Source: Bdellovibrionaceae bacterium UBA6776 (GTDB lineage Bacteria; Bdellovibrionota; Bdellovibrionia; Bdellovibrionales; UBA1609). From it: a DNA stretch of 64,000 nucleotides. The notes beneath the pieces were generated by a model. It saw nothing but the letters and a program-made list of their open reading frames with translations. It searched no databases and was not told the origin of the DNA. Both the position numbers and the translations under genes were made by a program. Every line of letters begins with the position of its first letter. Position 1 is the stretch's first letter. This document shows positions 57,762 through 64,000 of this stretch, piece by piece. The stretch is taken from the NCBI GenBank assembly GCA_002453155.1, contig DKGG01000023.1, forward strand, positions 13,785-77,784. The letters are read 5' to 3'.

Positions 57762-58388
57762 ATGTTTTCAGGAATCGTAGAAACCACCTCAAAAACTCAG
57801 GCCCTCCTCGAGTCTTCCCATGCAGATCTCCTCAGATTTACTTTGAGTCGTCCGCAGAACTTTACCGATCTTCACATTGGGGATTCGGTGGCCTGCAACG
57901 GAGTTTGCCTCACGGTGGAGGCTTTTACCGACAAAGACATTCAGTTTGCTCTTGGGAAAGAAACCCTCAAAGTCACCGGTTGGACTCCTGAAGGCATAAA
58001 AACCATGACTTGGAATTTGGAGCGAAGTTTGAAACTGGGCGATCGCATCCATGGGCACATCGTCACAGGTCACGTGGATTTTGTCGGCCAAGTCACTCAG
58101 TCTGACGCCGGTCCAGAAAGTTTAAGTTTGAGAATTTCTTTCCCCTTTGAGCAGTCGCCCTATTTTTGGCCAAAAGGCAGTGTGTGCCTCAATGGAGTCA
58201 GCCTGACTCTCAATGAGGTGGGAGAGAATTTTTTCGAAGTGCATTTGATTCCCGAAACCTTAAAAACCACAAATTTAGGAACCCTAAAGCCTGGCGATAG
58301 AGTGAATGTTGAAATTGACTCCTTCGCACGTGGGTGGGTTCATTACTTTAAAGAAAAAGGAACGCCCCGTGGAACTTCACTCCGTTGA
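57762..58388 (+). CDS. ribE: Riboflavin synthase (alpha chain)
   Basis: Begins MFSGIVETTS. It has the internal duplication typical of RibE (GDSVACNGVCLTV / GSVCLNGVSLTL). Confidence 0.85.
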   Translation: MFSGIVETTSKTQALLESSHADLLRFTLSRPQNFTDLHIGDSVACNGVCLTVEAFTDKDIQFALGKETLKVTGWTPEGIKTMTWNLERSLKLGDRIHGHIVTGHVDFVGQVTQSDAGPESLSLRISFPFEQSPYFWPKGSVCLNGVSLTLNEVGENFFEVHLIPETLKTTNLGTLKPGDRVNVEIDSFARGWVHYFKEKGTPRGTSLR

Positions 58389-59487
58389 AGAGTTGATCTC
58401 TGATATCAAGCAAGGAAAGATGGTCATCCTGGTCGATGACGAGGATCGCGAAAATGAAGGCGATTTGGTCATGGCGGCGGACTATGTCACTCCCGACAAA
58501 ATCAATTTTATGGCCAAAGAAGGACGTGGACTGATTTGCCTCTCGCTTTTGGAGGAGCAAATCAAACGTTTGGAGCTTCCGTTGATGGTGAAAGACCAAC
58601 TGAACCGTGCTCCCAACAAGACGGCATTTACCGTAAGCATTGAAGCGGCTCATGGAGTTTCCACCGGGATTTCTGCGGCGGACCGGGCGTTGACCATTAA
58701 GGTTGCCTCAAACCCCATGGCAAAACCTACCGATGTGATTGTTCCAGGGCATGTGTTTCCCATTCAGGCTCAAAAAGGGGGCGTTCTCAAAAGAGCCGGT
58801 CACACCGAAGCCAGTGTGGATTTGGCCCGACTTGCTGGCCTGAACCCCGCCGCCGTCATTTGCGAAATCATGAATCCCGATGGGACCATGGCCCGCGCTC
58901 AGCAACTCAAAGAATTTTCAGAAAAGTTTGATGTGAAGATGGGAACCATTGAATCTTTGATTCGCCATCGCATTCAAAATGAAACTTTGGTTCTTGAGAA
59001 ATTGAGCTATCCTTTTCAAACTTCTTTTGGCAGCGACTTTCACATTCATGTTTTCGAGAATCTCTTGGATGGTTCCGAACATGTGGCCATGGTGAAGGGA
59101 AAGGTGGATCCCAATTCTACGACCCTTGTCAGAGTCCATGCGGAGCATCTTTTAGGAGATGTGTTGGGTTGTACCGTGACTCAATCTCGCGCCTACTTGG
59201 ACGCGGCCCTTCGAAAAATCGAAGAACAGGGATCGGGAGTTTTGGTTTACCTTCGACAGAACGCTTCCAAAAATCGAATTTCTTCACCACAGCAGTCCGT
59301 GGAAGATGACGCCGACAATTTGATGAATGACAATCGGGATTATGGAATTGGCGCCCAAATTTTAAGAGCTCTGGGTGTGAAGAAAATCTGTCTTCTCACC
59401 AACAGCCCCATGAAAAGAGTGGGTTTGAAGGGATATGGTTTGGAAGTGGTTTCCGACGAACACCTGAACGTTGAAGGGTTGAGCTGA
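58369..59487 (+). CDS. ribBA: Bifunctional 3,4-dihydroxy-2-butanone-4-phosphate synthase / GTP cyclohydrolase II
   Basis: GTG 58369 is an in-frame candidate; ATG 58420 is an alternative. Motif VDDEDRENEGDL is present, plus a C-terminal cyclohydrolase-like half. Confidence 0.8.
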   Translation: MELHSVEELISDIKQGKMVILVDDEDRENEGDLVMAADYVTPDKINFMAKEGRGLICLSLLEEQIKRLELPLMVKDQLNRAPNKTAFTVSIEAAHGVSTGISAADRALTIKVASNPMAKPTDVIVPGHVFPIQAQKGGVLKRAGHTEASVDLARLAGLNPAAVICEIMNPDGTMARAQQLKEFSEKFDVKMGTIESLIRHRIQNETLVLEKLSYPFQTSFGSDFHIHVFENLLDGSEHVAMVKGKVDPNSTTLVRVHAEHLLGDVLGCTVTQSRAYLDAALRKIEEQGSGVLVYLRQNASKNRISSPQQSVEDDADNLMNDNRDYGIGAQILRALGVKKICLLTNSPMKRVGLKGYGLEVVSDEHLNVEGLS

Positions 59488-59488
59488 A

Positions 59489-59983
59489 ATGGCAAAGAAC
59501 GGATTTCGACAAGGACAAACTCAGTTGCAAGTGGCTCCGGATTGGACCGTCGGAATCGTCACTTCAAGATTTAATGAGGACATCACTTCAGAGCTTCAAA
59601 GAGGAGCTCTTGAGATGCTTGAGGTTTCAGGAATTGAAAAATCTCAAGTTGTGGTCTGCGATGTGGCTGGTGCCATTGAAATCCCCGTGGTTTGTAAAGC
59701 ACTGTTTCTGGAAAAAAAGGTGGATGCGGTCATCGCTTTGGGTTGTGTCATCCGTGGAGAAACCACTCACTATGAATCCGTTTGCAATTCTGTCGAGCGC
59801 GGTTGCACTCAAGTGGCCTTGGAATTCACAAAGCCTGTCATCTCTGGAGTGTTGACCGTCGAAAACCACCAGCAGGCTTTGGACCGCATTGGCGGAAGCC
59901 ATGGGCACAAGGGCAAAGAGGCTGCGCTGACCGCCTTAGAAATGATTCAGCTTCTCAGAAAGCTTAAAAATCATGGATCTTGA
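59489..59983 (+). CDS. ribH: 6,7-dimethyl-8-ribityllumazine synthase
   Basis: 164 aa with the pattern VTSRFNEDITSEL...GAIEIPV...ALGCVIRGETTHYE. Confidence 0.85.
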   Translation: MAKNGFRQGQTQLQVAPDWTVGIVTSRFNEDITSELQRGALEMLEVSGIEKSQVVVCDVAGAIEIPVVCKALFLEKKVDAVIALGCVIRGETTHYESVCNSVERGCTQVALEFTKPVISGVLTVENHQQALDRIGGSHGHKGKEAALTALEMIQLLRKLKNHGS

Positions 59984-62141
59984 ACAGCAGGAAAAATCAA
60001 AACGAAAGCGTGAGCTTTTTCTGATTTTCTTTCTGTCTTTGTTGTTTGTGGTTTTAACGGCCATTGAATTTAAGCTCTTCGGCATGAGCCGCTCCTTGCC
60101 CTTTATGCACTCGATCTTTTTCTTGGGGCTGGTCAACTTCAACATCATTCTCTTTTTGCTGCTTTTCTTTTTGATCTTTCGAAATTTGGTGAAGATTCTT
60201 ACGGAGCGGCGGAAAGGGGGCAGTCTTAAGGCCAAGCTTACTGCGGCGTTTGTCACCTTTAGTGTGGTGCCCACTTCGCTGATGTTTGTGGTCTCGGTTT
60301 TTTACATCAACAACGTTTTCGACCGTTGGTTTTCTGAAAAGACTTCGGAAATTCTCAAAAGCTCCATGGAAGTGACTAATGCGTTTTATTTGTCTGCAAA
60401 ACAAAAGAATTACCACTTTGCAGCTATGGCCGCGAAAAAGATCCACGGCGAGTCTGACCGGCAAATCCAAAAAACTTTGAAGGGCATGCAAAAGGAACTC
60501 AGCCTGGATGTGATCGAGTACTATCCGGGAATTTTAGAAAACCCCATTCAAGTGGTCTCCAGCAGTTTGCCCTTTAAAAAAGTTCCATCCGTTTCTCTGG
60601 AGCTTTTGGAAAAGGGCCTTGCAGACCGTCTAGAATCCTCCACCATTCACCCTTTTGAAGCAGGGGATCTTGTCCGCGCCATTACACCGGTTCCTGATGG
60701 CGGCGCCCTCGTGGTGTCTTCCTATGTCCCCCTTTCTTTGACTTCAAAAATGAAAGACGTGGCCATGGTTTTCGAGGACTTCCGCGAGAGCAACCCCATG
60801 GAAGCGCCGATCAAATCCATATACCTGATCATTTTGGTTTTAATGGCTTTGACCATTGTTCTTGGAGCCACATGGTTTGGATTTTACCTGGCCAGACAGC
60901 TTTCCGTTCCCCTGGAAAAACTTGGACTTGCGGCAAAGCGAGTGGCCAATCGAAACTATGCACCCGTGGCCATTCAGTCCAATTCTCCAGAAATCAATGA
61001 TTTGGTTCATCACTTCAATGAGATGACTCAAAACTTGGAAACCTCCGAAAAAAATCTGCGCACCACTTTGGATCAGCTGAATGAACACTCCAAGTACATG
61101 GAGGTGGTCTTATCCACGGTGACCACCGGTGTGATTTCATTGGATCACCACGAAAAGATCAACACGGTCAATTCCCATGCCGCCAAACTTTTGGAGGTGC
61201 GCCCGGGGCGCATGGTGGGAAAGCATCTCAAAGAAATCTTGCGGCCGGAGTACTACCAAACTTTTGAATCCATGATTTCTCAAATGAAGTCTCACAAAGT
61301 GTCTTCATTGACACGCGAACTTCGGGTCGAAGTCAGGGGCCGGAGCATTCCTCTTCAAATGACTTTATCCCTGCTGTTTTCGCCTTCCGGAGAAGAAATT
61401 GGACAGGTCATTGTCTTTGATGATTTGACGCCCATTCTCAGTGCACAAAGAGCGGCGGCATGGACAGAAGTGGCGCGACGGATTGCCCACGAAATTAAAA
61501 ATCCTCTCACTCCCATCAAACTTTCTGCTGAGCGTTTGCAAAGAAAGTTTGGATCCCAGTTGGATGATCCCGCATTCTCAGACAGCATTCGCACCATCAT
61601 CGATCAGGTGGATGGACTGAAAAACCTGGTCAACGAGTTCAACCAGTTTGCCCGTTTGCCCAAGTCCAATCCGACACCTGGCGACATGAACCGTTTGTTG
61701 GAAGATGTGGTGGTGTTGTTTCGAGGGGCGCACCGGAAGATCTCCTTTGAAACTCAATGGGACGAAAAGCTTCCTCCATTTTCGTTTGATGCGGATCAAA
61801 TCCGGCGGGTGATGACGAATCTTTTGGACAATGCCGTCTCCGCGGTGGAAGCCCATGCGCAGCAGGACTCCCAGTTTCAAGGGGCGATCAAGGTTCGAAC
61901 CACCTTTGGAGAAGATCTGCAGTTGGTCCGCATTGAGGTCGAAGACAACGGCGGTGGAATTCCTTTTGACATGAAAGATCGGTTGTTTGAGCCTTACGTC
62001 ACCACCAAATCCAGCGGCACAGGTTTGGGGCTGGCCATTTCACGCAGAATGGTGGAAGATCATCAGGGTTTTATGCGCGCCTTTTCCGACAACAGCTCAT
62101 ATACGCGCTTTGTGATCGAGCTTCCTGTGACAAAGGCATAA
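59973..62141 (+). CDS. ntrY: NtrY-like membrane sensor histidine kinase (TM, HAMP, PAS, HisKA, HATPase_c)
   Basis: The start overlaps ribH by 11 nt. It has an H-box (AHEIKNPLTPI) and N/G boxes (NLLDNAVSA, DNGGGIP, GTGLGL). Confidence 0.8.
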   Translation: MDLEQQEKSKRKRELFLIFFLSLLFVVLTAIEFKLFGMSRSLPFMHSIFFLGLVNFNIILFLLLFFLIFRNLVKILTERRKGGSLKAKLTAAFVTFSVVPTSLMFVVSVFYINNVFDRWFSEKTSEILKSSMEVTNAFYLSAKQKNYHFAAMAAKKIHGESDRQIQKTLKGMQKELSLDVIEYYPGILENPIQVVSSSLPFKKVPSVSLELLEKGLADRLESSTIHPFEAGDLVRAITPVPDGGALVVSSYVPLSLTSKMKDVAMVFEDFRESNPMEAPIKSIYLIILVLMALTIVLGATWFGFYLARQLSVPLEKLGLAAKRVANRNYAPVAIQSNSPEINDLVHHFNEMTQNLETSEKNLRTTLDQLNEHSKYMEVVLSTVTTGVISLDHHEKINTVNSHAAKLLEVRPGRMVGKHLKEILRPEYYQTFESMISQMKSHKVSSLTRELRVEVRGRSIPLQMTLSLLFSPSGEEIGQVIVFDDLTPILSAQRAAAWTEVARRIAHEIKNPLTPIKLSAERLQRKFGSQLDDPAFSDSIRTIIDQVDGLKNLVNEFNQFARLPKSNPTPGDMNRLLEDVVVLFRGAHRKISFETQWDEKLPPFSFDADQIRRVMTNLLDNAVSAVEAHAQQDSQFQGAIKVRTTFGEDLQLVRIEVEDNGGGIPFDMKDRLFEPYVTTKSSGTGLGLAISRRMVEDHQGFMRAFSDNSSYTRFVIELPVTKA

Positions 62142-62156
62142 TCCGAGGACAAAAAA

Positions 62157-63521
62157 ATGATGGATTCAGCGAAAAGAATATTGATTGTGGATGATGAGAA
62201 GCCCATTCGAGAGGTGCTCTCCGCCGCTTTGAAAGATGATGGCTACTTGGTGGAAACCGCCTTTGATGGAGAGTCTGGCCTGGAGATGATGAAAAACTTC
62301 AAGCCTCAGATTGTTTTTCTCGACATTTGGATGCCAGGAAAGATGGACGGATTGGATGTTTTAAAGCAAGCCAAAGAGCTTTTTCCTCAACAGCAGGTGG
62401 TGATCATGTCTGGACATGGAACCATCGAAACTGCCGTGAAAGCGGTAAAGCTTGGAGCGTGGGATTTCGTCGAAAAGCCTTTGTCCTTAGACAAGGTGTC
62501 CATTTTGATTCAAAACATTTTCACTCTTTTTCGAGAGCAAAACGAAAAGCAGGCCCTGCTTCAACGGCTTCGGCAAAATCTTGCTCTGGTGGGTGAGGGG
62601 GCCTTGATGCAGGCCACGAAGCAGATCGTTTCTCGAGTGGCGCCCACAACGTCTTGGGTTCTTTTGACCGGAGAACCTGGAACCGGAAAAATGTTGGTGG
62701 CTCAAAACATTCATTATTTGAGTCCAAGGGCCTCTCAGCCCTTTATTCCACTCAGTCTTGCCCGAGTGCCTAAAGAACTGATGACCGGAGAGATCTTTGG
62801 CTATCAAAAAGGCGCATTGGTGGGCTCCAACTTTGACAAAAAGGGAAAGCTGGATTTTGCCAATCAGGGAACTTTGTATTTGGAAGAGGTGTCTGAGCTG
62901 ACCGACGAATGCCAGGTCAAACTTCAAAAACTTCTCAGTGAAGGGACTTTTGAACGGGTGGGTTCGAAATCCTCTCTAAAGGCGGATGTTCGCATTATCG
63001 CTTCCTCAACCAAAAATTTAGAAGACGAAGTCAAAGCGGGACGTTTCCGCGAGGATCTTTACTACCGCTTGAATGTGGTCCCTTTTGTTTTGCCGCCCTT
63101 AAGACAGCGCACCGAAGATCTGCCTGCGCTGATTGATCATTTTGGAGACCAATTTGTTCATGAGGGTGGTTTTTATCGCAAAGAATTTTCTGAACAGGCC
63201 ATGGAAGCCATGAATGATTACGATTGGCCGGGAAATGTGCGCGAGCTTCGAAACTTTGTAGAGCGGATATACATTCTTACGCCAGGGGAGTTTGTAGACC
63301 TTCACGACGTGCGTTTTGCTGGTTTGGGTGCGGGCCCCGAAGATCCGGTTTCTGGGACCGAAGGATTAAACTTTCGCGACGCACGGGCGCGCTTTGAAAA
63401 AGAATTTTTGCTGCGAAAGATTCAAGAAAACAATGGCAACATCAGTCGCACTGCGGAAATGATTGGGTTGGAGCGCAGTTACCTCCACCGAAAAATTAAA
63501 TCTTATGGAATTGAGGGCTAG
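62157..63521 (+). CDS. ntrX: NtrX-like response regulator (REC, AAA+, Fis HTH) with degenerate GAFTGA loop
   Basis: REC domain (ILIVDDE...DIWMPG) and Walker A GEPGTGKM. The loop reads [10 protein letters not shown] in place of GAFTGA. The HTH is [20 protein letters not shown]. Confidence 0.8.
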   Translation: MMDSAKRILIVDDEKPIREVLSAALKDDGYLVETAFDGESGLEMMKNFKPQIVFLDIWMPGKMDGLDVLKQAKELFPQQQVVIMSGHGTIETAVKAVKLGAWDFVEKPLSLDKVSILIQNIFTLFREQNEKQALLQRLRQNLALVGEGALMQATKQIVSRVAPTTSWVLLTGEPGTGKMLVAQNIHYLSPRASQPFIPLSLARVPKELMTGEIFGYQKGALVGSNFDKKGKLDFANQGTLYLEEVSELTDECQVKLQKLLSEGTFERVGSKSSLKADVRIIASSTKNLEDEVKAGRFREDLYYRLNVVPFVLPPLRQRTEDLPALIDHFGDQFVHEGGFYRKEFSEQAMEAMNDYDWPGNVRELRNFVERIYILTPGEFVDLHDVRFAGLGAGPEDPVSGTEGLNFRDARARFEKEFLLRKIQENNGNISRTAEMIGLERSYLHRKIKSYGIEG

Positions 63522-63526
63522 AGAAT

Positions 63527-64000
63527 ATGAGATGGTCTGAAAGCTATCTTTTCACATTGAAAGACAAACCTGCGGATGCAGAAATCCCCTCCCACCAATT
63601 GATGGTGCGGGGTGGATACATTCGAAAATTGGCACCCGGCATTTTTACTTATGGTCCTTTTTTTCTCAGAGCGCTTAAAAAGTTTGAACACATCATTCGC
63701 GAAGAGTTGGGTAAAAAAGGCGGTGTCGAAATTTTGATGCCCATGGTTCATCCCAAAGAAATTTGGGAAGAAACTGGACGATGGAAAGAAATGGGCGCAG
63801 GACTTTTAAAATTCAAAAATCGAAATGACCAAGAGTTTTGCTTGGGAGCCACTCACGAAGAAGCCGTTACGGATTATGTACGCGGCGATGTAAAAAGCTA
63901 TCGAGATTTGCCTTTCAACCTGTTTCAAATTCAAACCAAATTCCGTGATGAAATCCGTCCACGCTTTGGATTGATGCGTGGGCGCGAATTTGTGATGAAG
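63527..64000 (+). CDS. proS: Prolyl-tRNA synthetase (N-terminal part; runs off window)
   Basis: [42 protein letters not shown] and [17 protein letters not shown] (class II motif 2 region). The frame is open to the window end. Confidence 0.85.
   Translation, partial: MRWSESYLFTLKDKPADAEIPSHQLMVRGGYIRKLAPGIFTYGPFFLRALKKFEHIIREELGKKGGVEILMPMVHPKEIWEETGRWKEMGAGLLKFKNRNDQEFCLGATHEEAVTDYVRGDVKSYRDLPFNLFQIQTKFRDEIRPRFGLMRGREFVMK

Overview
This 64-kb window is chromosomal, gene-dense and moderately AT-rich. Gene content suggests a Bdellovibrio-like predatory deltaproteobacterium (Bdellovibrionota); this is an inference that I could not check by search. Evidence for it includes a tightly coupled Glt-type gliding-motility operon, a 277-aa flagellin, secreted S8 protease and lipoprotein esterases, and a NirK fused to cytochrome c.

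Gene order:
- Partial HAD hydrolase.
- GYF-PilZ gene followed by a 7-gene envelope operon (TPR, FHA-TonB_C, OM barrel).
- A 2.4-kb non-core insertion: an HNH endonuclease gene flanked by inverted mosaic repeats.
- Hybrid histidine kinase, an ABC exporter pair and an S8 protease.
- A nuo operon with only peripheral-arm subunits (nuoB-CD-E-F-G-I).
- UPF0104 membrane protein, mgtE and recO.
- A compositionally atypical NO/nitrite island: nrdJ, a small Cys-tailed protein, nirK-cyt c, nirV, SCO1, a decayed nnrS-like gene and a Crp/Fnr regulator. Three near-identical TATGA-N6-TCATA boxes lie in this island.
- TPR/beta-barrel OMP and a FecR-domain protein with a long low-complexity tail.
- gmhB, a Xer-type recombinase and a domain-minimal sigma54 activator.
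- A Lys-rich/acidic H1-like protein, fliC, an alpha/beta hydrolase and clpB.
- Three consecutive lipoprotein esterases.
- ribE-ribBA-ribH fused to ntrY-ntrX, then partial proS.

The most unusual signal is the HNH cassette at 11.1-13.5 kb, which has a REPtron-like architecture but with an HNH nuclease. Next is the box-linked nrdJ/nirK regulon. No rRNA, tRNA or CRISPR was seen. All domain calls come from motif recognition by eye; no database search was possible.
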